Source: an uncultured Methanosarcinales archaeon
GTDB lineage: Archaea; Nanobdellota; Nanobdellia; Woesearchaeales; ARS49
Length of the DNA stretch: 59,119 nt
Reading direction: 5' to 3'
Assembly (NCBI GenBank): GCA_964362535.1
Contig: CAYIEN010000004.1
Coordinates: 3,571-62,689 of the forward strand
Positions 23,958 to 33,293 of this stretch are shown here, piece by piece. The position numbers and the translations under genes were made by a program. Numbering within the stretch: the first letter of the stretch is position 1; each line of letters opens with the position of its first letter. The notes below the pieces were generated by a model. It was not told the origin of the DNA, made no database searches, and was given only the letters and a program-made list of their open reading frames with translations.

Positions 23958-24809
23958 ATGGGTTTTGACCAGTATGCGCTTCCAGTTCACAGTCTTGATG
24001 ACTTGAAAGAGGAGCAGGAACGATTGAAACGCGCTTCTGTGGCCTTGAAAGCCACAAGCGACTCTTTATCTGATCTTGCAGGAGGTCTTCAAGAGCGTGT
24101 TCGTGATTTTTACAATGAGTTGGTAAACGCAAAACTGCCGTTATCGGTTACTGCTGCGATGACTGCGTATCTTGCCGACCGTACGACTGCGCCTGGATTT
24201 TCCGCTGACGCGATTCCGGGAACGCTGGAGTTTCCACGTATTGTTGCTGAAGCCATGCGCGAAAAAAAGTATGATCCTCAGATTGTCGAGATTTTTTTCA
24301 AATACGCCGAAAAGGACCTCGCGTTCGGTTCGATGGCGGTAAAGGAGGTTTCAGTGAAGCTTCGTTACTTCAATGATAGTTTGAATCGTGTCGGGCGTTT
24401 TTTGACGTTGGGTACGCGAACTGCGGCGGAGTTTAGAGAACGAGCGCAAAAAATCGTGGAAAAAAGAGTGACGCAGCGTAATAATTTGTATAATAAAGAA
24501 TGGGATACTATGTTGGTGAAGGCGGAAGAATTGCTTGCGGCGAAAGAAAAGGAAGTTTCGCGAATCTCTGACGTTCCGCGCGTCGTCGGGAAATCTCTTG
24601 TTGATAACGAGCCAGTTGAATCAAAGGTATCTCTGAAGTGGAAAGAGTCGGAAGAACGCCGTCTTTTGGTCGAAACAAAAATGTTGGCGCGATTTGAGCG
24701 TTGGCCGAAGCTTTTGCCGCAATACCAGATTCGTCTCGGTCCGTTGTTGAGCCAGGAAATCCGTCAGGATATTTATTCGTGGATTGAACGGACGTATCAT
24801 TTAGGATAG
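23958..24809 (+). CDS. Hypothetical helical/coiled-coil protein
   Basis: 283-aa ORF, TTTAAATA 21 nt upstream. Confidence 0.65.
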   Translation: MGFDQYALPVHSLDDLKEEQERLKRASVALKATSDSLSDLAGGLQERVRDFYNELVNAKLPLSVTAAMTAYLADRTTAPGFSADAIPGTLEFPRIVAEAMREKKYDPQIVEIFFKYAEKDLAFGSMAVKEVSVKLRYFNDSLNRVGRFLTLGTRTAAEFRERAQKIVEKRVTQRNNLYNKEWDTMLVKAEELLAAKEKEVSRISDVPRVVGKSLVDNEPVESKVSLKWKESEERRLLVETKMLARFERWPKLLPQYQIRLGPLLSQEIRQDIYSWIERTYHLG

Positions 24810-24885
24810 GAATATTTGCTCTATGCACTATATTCATTAACTTTATAAAGCGACATTTACGGCATTGAAGCAGAGTGAGTGAAGC

Positions 24886-25170
24886 ATGAAACACGAAACA
24901 ACTATTTCCAATATTGCGAACATCGCGAACACGTTGTTTGCTGGACAAACTACAAGTCCAATACCTGCGAGTCCGCATAAGGTGTATTTGACAAAGTTGG
25001 ATAAGAATTCTCGCGACTTGTTGCGTCTTCGGGACGAGCGGTATGAAGGCAATTGGGATGCGCTTTCGCGTGTTGTTTCTTCGGTTGACCGTCCTCGTAT
25101 TGATTTGCTTCGCGCGTATGAGGATTCACACCATGTTGATTTGGGTGAATATCTTCGCGAGTCAGCGTAA
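24886..25170 (+). CDS. Small hypothetical protein
   Basis: 94 aa, L.LRDERYEGNWDAL...RI..LR.YE..H.VDL pattern. Confidence 0.6.
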   Translation: MKHETTISNIANIANTLFAGQTTSPIPASPHKVYLTKLDKNSRDLLRLRDERYEGNWDALSRVVSSVDRPRIDLLRAYEDSHHVDLGEYLRESA

Positions 25171-25215
25171 TTCTCTGCGTAACCTTTAAAAGCGAGCTTC
25201 TCTGATTAATTATGT

Positions 25216-26694
25216 ATGCCGACTGAAAAAGAGCTGATTGATGAGCGTATCAAGAAGCTGAATGAATTGCGTAATTTGGGCATTAATCCGTTTCCTTACA
25301 CGTTCAAGCGTTCGTATCATGCGAAGGATGTTCTTGCGAAGCATGCGGGTCTGAAGCCGGAAGAGCGAACGACTGACAAAGTAAGTATTGCTGGTCGTAT
25401 TGTTTCGTTGCGTAAGATGGGCAAGATTGCGTTTGCGCACGTGCTTGACCAGTCTGGAAAGTTACAAATTTATTTCAAAGAAGAAAATCTCAAGACCTAC
25501 GAACAACTCAGGCTGTTTGATATTGGTGATTGGATTGGTATTACGGGAACGGTTTTTGCTACTAGGTCTGGTGAGGTCACGGTTGATGTGCAGACGTTTG
25601 AGATGCTGTGCAAGTCAACAAGACCGTTGCCGGACAAGTTTCATGGTTTGAAGGACACGGAATTGCGTTATCGACAAAGATATGTTGACCTGATTGTGAC
25701 TCCGGAAGTGCGTGAAGTCGCGTTCAAAAGAATTCAAATTCTTAATGCGGTCAAGGACTTTTTCCGCGAAAAAGGTTTCTTGGAAGTGGAAACTCCTGTT
25801 TTGCAGACGATGTATGGTGGCGCGAATGCTCGACCGTTCGTGACGCACCATCACGACTTGAATTTGCAGATGTATCTTCGCATTTCTTTGGAACTATATC
25901 ACAAGCGTTTGATTGTGGGCGGTTTTGAGAAAGTGTTCGAGATTGGGCATGTCTTCCGTAATGAGGGTATTGATACGACGCACAACCCCGAATTTACGCT
26001 GTTGGAATGTTACCAGGCGTATGCGGACTATCATGACATGATGGAGTTAACCGAAGACTGTTACAATTATGTTGCCAAGAAAGTGCTTGGGACGACCAAA
26101 ATCAATTATCAAGGCAAAGAGATTGATGTCAAGAAGCCGTGGAAAAGATTGACGATGCACAATGCGTTGAAGGAATTTGCGCAGATTGATGTTGACAAGC
26201 TCGGCGACGAGAATTTGAAGCACGAATTGCAGTCGCACAAGCTCGAGCTTCCGAAGCCGTGGTCTCGTGGCGCGGCGATTGCGGAACTGTTCAAGTTGTG
26301 TGAGCCACATTTGATTCAGCCCGTGTTCATTACGGACCACCCGATTGAAACAACGCCGTTGTGTAAGCCGTTGCGTAACGGCAACAAGGCTCTTGTTGAG
26401 CGCTTTGAACCGTTCATTAATGGTAATGAGATTGGGAATGCGTATTCAGAATTAAACGATCCTGTGTTGCAGCGTGAATTGCTTGAAGAGCAGGCACGTC
26501 AGTTGAAGACGGGTTCGACCGAAGCGCACCCGATGGACGAGGATTTTATGCGCGCCATCGAGCACGGCATGCCTCCGACCGGCGGATTGGGTTTGGGTAT
26601 TGACCGAATGGTGATGTTGTTCACCAATCAGGCAAGTATTCGCGACATTATTTTGTTTCCGACAATGAAGCCACTCGACGAGGTTAAGAAGTAA
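25216..26694 (+). CDS. lysS: Lysyl-tRNA synthetase, class II
   Basis: OB anticodon domain, RYRQRYVDL, GGANARPF, FRNEGID..HNPEF, HGMPPTGGLGLGIDR. Confidence 0.98.
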   Translation: MPTEKELIDERIKKLNELRNLGINPFPYTFKRSYHAKDVLAKHAGLKPEERTTDKVSIAGRIVSLRKMGKIAFAHVLDQSGKLQIYFKEENLKTYEQLRLFDIGDWIGITGTVFATRSGEVTVDVQTFEMLCKSTRPLPDKFHGLKDTELRYRQRYVDLIVTPEVREVAFKRIQILNAVKDFFREKGFLEVETPVLQTMYGGANARPFVTHHHDLNLQMYLRISLELYHKRLIVGGFEKVFEIGHVFRNEGIDTTHNPEFTLLECYQAYADYHDMMELTEDCYNYVAKKVLGTTKINYQGKEIDVKKPWKRLTMHNALKEFAQIDVDKLGDENLKHELQSHKLELPKPWSRGAAIAELFKLCEPHLIQPVFITDHPIETTPLCKPLRNGNKALVERFEPFINGNEIGNAYSELNDPVLQRELLEEQARQLKTGSTEAHPMDEDFMRAIEHGMPPTGGLGLGIDRMVMLFTNQASIRDIILFPTMKPLDEVKK

Positions 26695-27036
26695 ATGTCT
26701 GACAAGACGACGGTTGGGCTTGTTGAGGAAGTTATTCTGATTGGTAAGTCCGGTGAAAAGAAAATTCTTGCTCGCATTGATACGGGCGCAACGAAATCAA
26801 GTATCGACGCAAAATTAGCTGTTGAAATCGAAACCGATCCTGAGTTTAAAACGGCGATTGTGCGTAGCGCGCATGGCGTTAAGCGTCGTGGTGTGGTGAA
26901 GCAACGACTCGTTATTGCTGGCAGAAGGATGAATATGGAGTTTACGTTGGCTGACCGTTCGCACATGAAATACAAAATGCTCATTGGTCAAAATATTCTC
27001 AAGCGCAGATTTTTGATTGACCCGGAGAAAACATGA
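26695..27036 (+). CDS. RimK-associated retropepsin-like putative protease
   Basis: ARIDTGATKSSID, FTLADRSHMKY..LIG. Confidence 0.88.
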   Translation: MSDKTTVGLVEEVILIGKSGEKKILARIDTGATKSSIDAKLAVEIETDPEFKTAIVRSAHGVKRRGVVKQRLVIAGRRMNMEFTLADRSHMKYKMLIGQNILKRRFLIDPEKT

Positions 27037-27088
27037 GAACGCTCACGTTTTCATGTTTGCACAAACCCGCAGGGTTGGGCATAACGTA

Positions 27089-28150
27089 ATGAGAGCGGCA
27101 ATCATTTCGCAGGGCAGTCTTTCTTCTAAATGGATCGCGGAAGAGTTGAAGAAAGTGTTTGACGACGTTGACGTGCTTGATATCAAAGACTTTGAAGTTT
27201 CTCTTGGCGGTCATCATCCGGAAGTTTCGTACGAGGGTAAGCCGTTGATGAAGGACTTTGACTGCATTTACGCGAAGGGTTCGTTCCGTTACGTGACGTT
27301 GTTGCGTTCGTTGACGACGATTTTGGGAACGAAGGCGTACATGCCGATTCGTCCGGGAGCGTTCACTGCAGGCCATGACAAACTATTAACCCACTTAAAG
27401 CTCCAAGCAGCCAATATTTCGCAGCCGAGGACGTGGGTGGTTGCGACGGCTCACGCGGCGAAGAAGTTGTTGAAAAAGATTGAGTATCCTGTTGTCATGA
27501 AGTTGCCTGCGGGAACGCACGGCAAAGGCGTGATGCTTGCTGACACTGCGGAAAGCGCAAGTTCGATGATTGACGCACTCGCACTTTTGAAACAGCCTTT
27601 CTTGCTCCAAGAATACATCGAGACGAATGGCACGGACACAAGAGCTTTCGTTATTGGCGACGAGGTTGTTGCTGCGATGAAGCGCACGGCTGCCGAGGGT
27701 GAGAAGCGAGCCAACATTCATTCAGGGGGTTCGGCGATTGCGTGTGAATTAGATGAAGCGTCGAAGCAAGTTGCCTTGGAAACAGCTCGAGCGGTCGGTG
27801 CGGACATTTGCGCGGTGGATTTGCTCATAAAAAACAAGAAGCCGATGGTGATTGAGATCAATCTTTCTCCTGGTTTGCAGGCCATTACAAGAGTCACAAA
27901 AATCAATATTGCGCAAAAGATTGCGAAGTATTTGTACGCAAAAGCAAAGGAATTTAAGATGAAGCAGGTCGGCGTGACATTGGCGCAGTTAACGCCAGAC
28001 AAGGAAGTCATCACAAAGCTTGATTTCCGCGCCGGAAGAATACTATTGCCGGAAGCCGCCACGTCATTGTCAAAGTTGACAAGCCAAGATGAGGTCAGTT
28101 TGACCGTGGCAAAAGGTAAAATAACCATTAAGAAAGGTGAATCACAATGA
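27089..28150 (+). CDS. rimK: RimK/LysX-family ATP-grasp ligase with C-terminal AbrB-like domain
   Basis: DKL.T, PVVMKLPAGTHGKGV, QEYI, D.RAFVIG, RANIHSGG, EINLSPG; tail GRILLPE....L...DEV.L....KITIKK. Confidence 0.88.
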   Translation: MRAAIISQGSLSSKWIAEELKKVFDDVDVLDIKDFEVSLGGHHPEVSYEGKPLMKDFDCIYAKGSFRYVTLLRSLTTILGTKAYMPIRPGAFTAGHDKLLTHLKLQAANISQPRTWVVATAHAAKKLLKKIEYPVVMKLPAGTHGKGVMLADTAESASSMIDALALLKQPFLLQEYIETNGTDTRAFVIGDEVVAAMKRTAAEGEKRANIHSGGSAIACELDEASKQVALETARAVGADICAVDLLIKNKKPMVIEINLSPGLQAITRVTKINIAQKIAKYLYAKAKEFKMKQVGVTLAQLTPDKEVITKLDFRAGRILLPEAATSLSKLTSQDEVSLTVAKGKITIKKGESQ

Positions 28151-28509
28151 ATGTCGCACTCTGGATTTCGGGAAAGTTAGATGGTCAAGTCGCTCTCGCG
28201 TGGGCAAAGGAGCACGAGCACGTTCCTGTTTGTTTCTTGTCTATGGATGGTACGAAGATTTCGTTGCAATGGGCTTCGAATAACTTGGACACGTTGAAGA
28301 AGGTCTCTGACGCGAACAAGCTGGATTTGTTGTTTAAGTCCGTGAAGAAAACGGGAGATGATAACTTTAACGCTTTGGATGCGTTGCTTTCGTACGCAAA
28401 GAACAAGTATGGTGCCGAGGCTGTCGCGGTTTCAAAAGAACCGGCAGTAGCTCACCCCATCAGCAACGCCGCCCGAAGAATGAAGATGAAGACGGTTTTG
28501 ATGAAGTAA
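28147..28509 (+). CDS. Truncated, degenerate paralog of the Dph6 N-terminal PP-loop domain
   Basis: MNVALWISGKLDG..ALAWAKEHEH.PVC.L versus MNVGVLFSGGKDS.LAL.RA.EEH..AC.I in the next gene; ATGA-coupled to rimK. Confidence 0.6.
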   Translation: MNVALWISGKLDGQVALAWAKEHEHVPVCFLSMDGTKISLQWASNNLDTLKKVSDANKLDLLFKSVKKTGDDNFNALDALLSYAKNKYGAEAVAVSKEPAVAHPISNAARRMKMKTVLMK

Positions 28510-28510
28510 A

Positions 28511-28653
28511 TTCGAACGTGACAATTAGGACTTAAGTCAGCAGTGTTTTCGCGGACTACCTAGGGTCACGTTCGAAATTCTTAGAACTGCCTCAAATTGC
28601 TAGCAGTCATCATGTTGTACGAGTGGAACGCACTCAGCTGAGGCAGTTCTAAG
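28511..28653. ncRNA. Tandem stem-loop element, candidate ncRNA or small mobile remnant
   Basis: 12-bp IR 28511-28522/28565-28576 and 15-bp IR 28580-28594/28639-28653, both perfect, each with inner stems. Confidence 0.45.
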
Positions 28654-28689
28654 TAAAGCTTTAAAAAGACTTTTTGCTTTGTTTTTTCT

Positions 28690-29364
28690 ATGAATGTCGG
28701 CGTTTTGTTCTCTGGTGGCAAGGATTCGATGCTTGCGCTCTTGCGTGCGAGAGAAGAACACAAGATTGCTTGCTTGATTACGCTCGTTTCTCTGAACAAA
28801 GAATCATTTATGTTTCACACGCCGAATATTGACGTGACGACGCTCCAAGCTGAAGCGTTGAAGTTGCCTTTGGTAAGAGTAGTTACGAAGGGTGAGAAAG
28901 AGCACGAGTTGAAAGATCTCAAGGCAGCGTTGGAGCAGGCCAAACGAAAGTACAAATTGCAAGGTATCGTTACGGGCGCAGTTCGTTCTACGTATCAAGC
29001 AACCAGAATCCAGCAAATCTGCCACGAGCTCAACCTCTGGTGCTTCAGTCCGTTGTGGTTGCTCGACCAAATCGAACTCCTGAATGAAGTCTTGAAAAGA
29101 AAAATGAAGGTCATTATTTCCGGCGTGTTTGCGGAACCGTTGGACAAATCTTATTTGGGTAAACAGATTGACAAAGCACTCATTGCAAAGCTCGCGAAAG
29201 CAGCGGCGACGCACAAGATTAATCCTGCGGGTGAAGGCGGCGAAATCGAAACGACTGTTTTGGATATGCAACTGTTCAAGAAGCCCATTGTCGTGAAAAA
29301 GTCAAGCACTGTTTACGAGAACTTCGCAGGTACGTTTACGATTCACGGGGCAGGGGCTAAATGA
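28690..29364 (+). CDS. dph6: Diphthine--ammonia ligase (Dph6/DUF71)
   Basis: SGGKDS, SFMFH.PN, S.YQ..RI, PLW, NPAGEGGEIET.V.D. Confidence 0.93.
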   Translation: MNVGVLFSGGKDSMLALLRAREEHKIACLITLVSLNKESFMFHTPNIDVTTLQAEALKLPLVRVVTKGEKEHELKDLKAALEQAKRKYKLQGIVTGAVRSTYQATRIQQICHELNLWCFSPLWLLDQIELLNEVLKRKMKVIISGVFAEPLDKSYLGKQIDKALIAKLAKAAATHKINPAGEGGEIETTVLDMQLFKKPIVVKKSSTVYENFAGTFTIHGAGAK

Positions 29365-29870
29365 AATTAGTAATCAGCACGTGCGCGGATCCATTGAGCG
29401 AATCCGAATTCGTTGCACCGATTGTAAAGCTCGTCGGCGAATGCGTTGTGAGAAAGTGCAACAAAGTAAAACCCGAAGACATTGCACAGGCAGACTCTAT
29501 CATCATTACAGGCACAGCGTTAGCTGATTTCGTGTATCTTAAGCAAAAGTGGGATTGGCTGAAGACGTTCAAGAAGCCTGTTTTAGGCATTTGTGCGGGG
29601 ATGCAAGTGCTTGCGTTAGCGCACGGCGGCAAATTGGTCAACCAAGAACGCATTGGAGTTCATCCAGTAACAGTCATCGAGCCAAATCCGTTTTGTGAGG
29701 GTGATTTCAGCGCGTATTTCCTGCACACGAAAGGAGTTGAAGGTCTTGATGTGTTAGCAACGTCGGACAACAAACCGGTCATGGTCAAAGTAAAAGGCAA
29801 GGAACAGTATGGCTGCTTGTTCCATCCGGAAGTTCTCAACGAAGAAATCATTAAACGTTTTGTTGCGTAA
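29361..29870 (+). CDS. Class I glutamine amidotransferase
   Basis: KPVLGICAGMQ nucleophile elbow and FHPE triad; ATGA overlap with dph6. Confidence 0.9.
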   Translation: MKLVISTCADPLSESEFVAPIVKLVGECVVRKCNKVKPEDIAQADSIIITGTALADFVYLKQKWDWLKTFKKPVLGICAGMQVLALAHGGKLVNQERIGVHPVTVIEPNPFCEGDFSAYFLHTKGVEGLDVLATSDNKPVMVKVKGKEQYGCLFHPEVLNEEIIKRFVA

Positions 29871-29902
29871 TTCTTTTAAACTGCCTTCGTTGTGGTTGAG
29901 GT

Positions 29903-30244
29903 ATGCACACCGTTAATGAGATTGTTGATAAACATGCCAATGAGATTTTGAGCGGGTCATTAGAGCATTTTGAGGCGGATATTTTTCGGTATGAATGCAA
30001 GTGGGGAAATAGAGATTGGCAGTCGTTGGCTGATGCACTCACCGTGGCAGATTACGATTCATTGATGCATCGTTTTGTGCATTATGCGGCAAAACTGTTG
30101 TCGACTGCACCTAACAGTGCAGAATACCGTTCGCGAATGCTCGGTCTTGCAGGATTACGATTTAGCAATACTGTTGCGCATGGTGCGCGTTTATGTTCTC
30201 GTTATTTAACAGAAGAAGCAATGTCAAAAACAAAGACTGCTTAG
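29903..30244 (+). CDS. Hypothetical protein
   Basis: 113-aa ORF with TTTTAAA upstream. Confidence 0.5.
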   Translation: MHTVNEIVDKHANEILSGSLEHFEADIFRYECKWGNRDWQSLADALTVADYDSLMHRFVHYAAKLLSTAPNSAEYRSRMLGLAGLRFSNTVAHGARLCSRYLTEEAMSKTKTA

Positions 30245-31581
30245 AACTTCATCCCGCCTTTCTGTAGGGTTTTCATCATTTTGTCGGGGTTGCCTTTCAT
30301 CATTTTGACTAACTTCTTGGATTGGCGGTATTGTTTGAGCATGTCGCGGATGTCGTTTGTTGAAATTCCAGAACCTTTCGAAATGCGGTCTATTCTGTTT
30401 GCGTCGATGAGTTCCGGATCTTCCAGTTCTTTTTTGGTCATTGAGTCCATCGCAAACTTCCACTTTTTGAGTTTGCCTTCTTGGAGTTGGAGTGCTTCTT
30501 TTGGCATTTTGATGTTGCTCATGCCGGGAATCATTTCCATGATTTTGCCTAACGGTCCCATTTTGCTCATGGCTTCCATTTGCTGATACAAATCGATTAA
30601 TGTGAATTCGCCTTTCAACAACTTCTTTTCTAAGTCTTTAGAGTCAACTTCGGTGAAGGATTCTTTTGCTTTTTCAAGAAGAGCTTCTAAGTCGCCCATT
30701 CCTAACAATCGTCCGATGAATCCTTTCGGATTGAATGCTTCCAAATCATCTACTTTTTCTCCAACGCCGATGAATTTAACGGGAGCGCCAGTAATTGAGC
30801 ACGCTGTTAATGCGCCGCCACCTTTTGCTGTGCCGTCCATTTTGGTAACGATGACGCCCGTTATTCCACAGCTGTCGTGGAAGGCTTGTGCCTGTGCTTG
30901 GGCTGCTTGACCGATGTCTGCCGAAATGATTAAGAGTGATTCGTCAGGCTGGAGTTGTGCGTTGACTTCCTTGATTTCGGTGATGAGGTCTGCGCTTAAT
31001 GCGTCTCTTCCTGCGGTGTCAATCAAGAGGACATCGTAGTTGTGGAAGTCTTTTTCGAAGTTAGCGAGAATCTTCAGAGGATTCTTTTCGTTTTTAAGAA
31101 TTAAAGAAGCAATATTTGCTGTCTTGGCAACTTGTTCCAATTGCAACATTGCTGCCGGTCGGTGGACGTCTAAACCAATCGCTGCAACTTTCTTGCCTCG
31201 CTTTGCAAAGTATTTAGCCAATTTACCAATCGTGGTTGTTTTGCCAGATCCGAACAGACCAACAAGCATGATTTTGTAAGGCTTTTTGTCAGAAACAGTT
31301 AAGGCAGTCTTTTCGCCGCCAACAAACTGGACTAATTCTTCGTAAACGATGTTGATGAGGTGTTCTTTTTTGGTCAAACCACCAGGAGTTTTCTCATTTG
31401 TGATTCGGTCTTTGATTTTTTTGGTGAGTTCAAAGACGAGTTTGACGTTGACGTCTGCTTGAAGCAAAGCGCGTTGGATGTCTTTGACGAGTTCGTTGAT
31501 GAGTTTGTCATCGACGAAGACTGCTTTCGCTATCTTTGCCAATGTTCCTTTCAGTGATTCGCCTAACTTCTCGAGGACCAT
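30241..31581 (-). CDS. srp54: Signal recognition particle protein SRP54
   Basis: ALLQADVNV, GLFGSGKTTT, DTAGR, TKMDGTAKGGG, Met-rich M domain. Confidence 0.98.
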   Translation of the reverse strand: MVLEKLGESLKGTLAKIAKAVFVDDKLINELVKDIQRALLQADVNVKLVFELTKKIKDRITNEKTPGGLTKKEHLINIVYEELVQFVGGEKTALTVSDKKPYKIMLVGLFGSGKTTTIGKLAKYFAKRGKKVAAIGLDVHRPAAMLQLEQVAKTANIASLILKNEKNPLKILANFEKDFHNYDVLLIDTAGRDALSADLITEIKEVNAQLQPDESLLIISADIGQAAQAQAQAFHDSCGITGVIVTKMDGTAKGGGALTACSITGAPVKFIGVGEKVDDLEAFNPKGFIGRLLGMGDLEALLEKAKESFTEVDSKDLEKKLLKGEFTLIDLYQQMEAMSKMGPLGKIMEMIPGMSNIKMPKEALQLQEGKLKKWKFAMDSMTKKELEDPELIDANRIDRISKGSGISTNDIRDMLKQYRQSKKLVKMMKGNPDKMMKTLQKGGMKF

Positions 31582-31633
31582 GAGGGTATTTGCGTCAGAA
31601 AGGGTTTATAAATACTTCTGCATAGGATTCTGC

Positions 31634-32248
31634 ATGCTCCTCACGTGGTTTGGTCATTCTTCCTTTATGATAGAGTATGGGAATAAGGTGATTTACATTG
31701 ATCCGTATGAGGGTGATTATGAAAAAGCAGCTGATCTAGTGTTGATTACAAAAGAGTCTTATGACCATGTCAGCCGTTCTGTTTTGAAGAAGATTACGGT
31801 GGATAACACGCACGTGTTTGGGCCGAAGGAAATCGCAAGCGAGGTTCTTGGTTGTCGTCCGTTTGTGCCGAATGAGACGATTACGTTTGAGGACAATACA
31901 AAAATTCAGGCAACGGCGGCCATCATCAACCGCAGAGATTTTCACGCGGAAAGTTTGGGCTGGTTGTTGACGATTGAGGGCAAAACGTTGTATTTTACGG
32001 GTGATACAGACGTCCTTCCAGCCAAGGTCGGCAACCCGTACGCGGTCATTATTCCGGTTGGTGGTACGTTTACGATGAGCACGAAGGCTGCGGTGCAAGC
32101 CGTAAAGCTTTTGAAGCCGAAGCACGCTATACCTACCCATTACGGTAAGACTGCCGGGACGACTGACGATGCGGATGTTTTCAAAGAATTGCTCGAGGGC
32201 GAAACAGATGTTATTATTCTTCAGCCAGGCAAAGGAGTGCCATTATGA
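31634..32248 (+). CDS. Metallo-beta-lactamase-fold protein with degenerate metal motif
   Basis: LTWFGHSSF, IYIDPY, LITKESYDH in place of HxHxDH, YFTGDT, PVGG.FTM, IPTHYG. Confidence 0.85.
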   Translation: MLLTWFGHSSFMIEYGNKVIYIDPYEGDYEKAADLVLITKESYDHVSRSVLKKITVDNTHVFGPKEIASEVLGCRPFVPNETITFEDNTKIQATAAIINRRDFHAESLGWLLTIEGKTLYFTGDTDVLPAKVGNPYAVIIPVGGTFTMSTKAAVQAVKLLKPKHAIPTHYGKTAGTTDDADVFKELLEGETDVIILQPGKGVPL

Positions 32249-33084
32249 GTAAAGTCTACGTTGGCGGGCAGGCAATCATTGAAGGCGTGATGATGAAGGG
32301 CGTTGATAAGGTCGCTGCCGCAGTCAGAACGAAGAAGGGAATCAAGATTGAAGTGTTTCCGTTTCACAGCTTAACCAAAAAGAATTTCTTGCTCAGACTT
32401 CCATTCATCAGAGGAGTTATCTTCCTGGGCGAAATGCTTGTTATCGGCCTGAAGACATTGTCCTGGAGCGCGAATCAGCAGGCAGGCAAGGACGAACAAA
32501 TTTCGAGCGTTGAGATGACAATTACGATGGTGATTTCGTTTGTGCTCGGCATTGGCTTGTTTGTCGGCTTGCCGTACTTCCTTTCTTGGTTGTTGGCGGA
32601 ACAAAAAACCGTTGCGTTTAACGTGCTTGATGGCATTTTCCGTCTTGCAGTATTTCTCGGTTACTTGTTGCTCATTTCGATGATGAAGGATGTCAAGCGT
32701 TTGTTTCAGTATCATGGTGCAGAGCATAAGGCAGTGCATTGCTACGAAGCCAAGCTTCCTTTAATTCCGAAGAACGTTCAGAAGTTTTCCACGATTCATC
32801 CGCGGTGTGGCACGAGTTTGATTGTGTTCGTGATTGCGGTCAGCATTGTAGTTTTCTCACTCATCCAGTTTGACGCGTGGTATTGGAACGTGTTATCACG
32901 AGTCATTGTCATCCCTCTGATCGCAGGCATTTCATACGAGCTTTTGAAGTTCACCGCGACATCTAGGTTCTTTTTGTTGCGAATGATTGCGGCTCCAGGT
33001 ATGTGGGTGCAGAAGATTACGACCAAGCAGCCGACGGACGACCAGGTCGAGGTCGCGATTGCGGCGTTGAAGAAGGTCATATGA
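32245..33084 (+). CDS. DUF1385 family membrane protein
   Basis: VGGQAIIEGVMM, FQYHGAEHK, HPRCGTS, ISYE, Q.ITT..P. Confidence 0.9.
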   Translation: MSKVYVGGQAIIEGVMMKGVDKVAAAVRTKKGIKIEVFPFHSLTKKNFLLRLPFIRGVIFLGEMLVIGLKTLSWSANQQAGKDEQISSVEMTITMVISFVLGIGLFVGLPYFLSWLLAEQKTVAFNVLDGIFRLAVFLGYLLLISMMKDVKRLFQYHGAEHKAVHCYEAKLPLIPKNVQKFSTIHPRCGTSLIVFVIAVSIVVFSLIQFDAWYWNVLSRVIVIPLIAGISYELLKFTATSRFFLLRMIAAPGMWVQKITTKQPTDDQVEVAIAALKKVI

Positions 33085-33266
33085 ACGCGCTCAAACTCTT
33101 GCAAATAGCGACACTCTTGTTGATGTTGTTAATGATTATTGGTTTTGTGTTGGCAATCTTCGGCCGCTTGCCGTGGACACAATTCTGGATCCTCGCAGCC
33201 TGCATGGCTCTGTGCGCATACTGGCTCATACCAAGCATTAGAAAGAAGTTGGAAGCGAATAGATGA
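33081..33266 (+). CDS. Small two-TM membrane protein
   Basis: MNALKLL..., two hydrophobic helices; ATGA overlap. Confidence 0.65.
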   Translation: MNALKLLQIATLLLMLLMIIGFVLAIFGRLPWTQFWILAACMALCAYWLIPSIRKKLEANR

Positions 33267-33293
33267 GAAAAGAATACTTGATAAGGTGTTGTT

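Noticed and set aside
28511-28653. H/ACA guide RNA
   Set aside because: Two hairpins, but no convincing K-turn or correctly placed ACA on either strand
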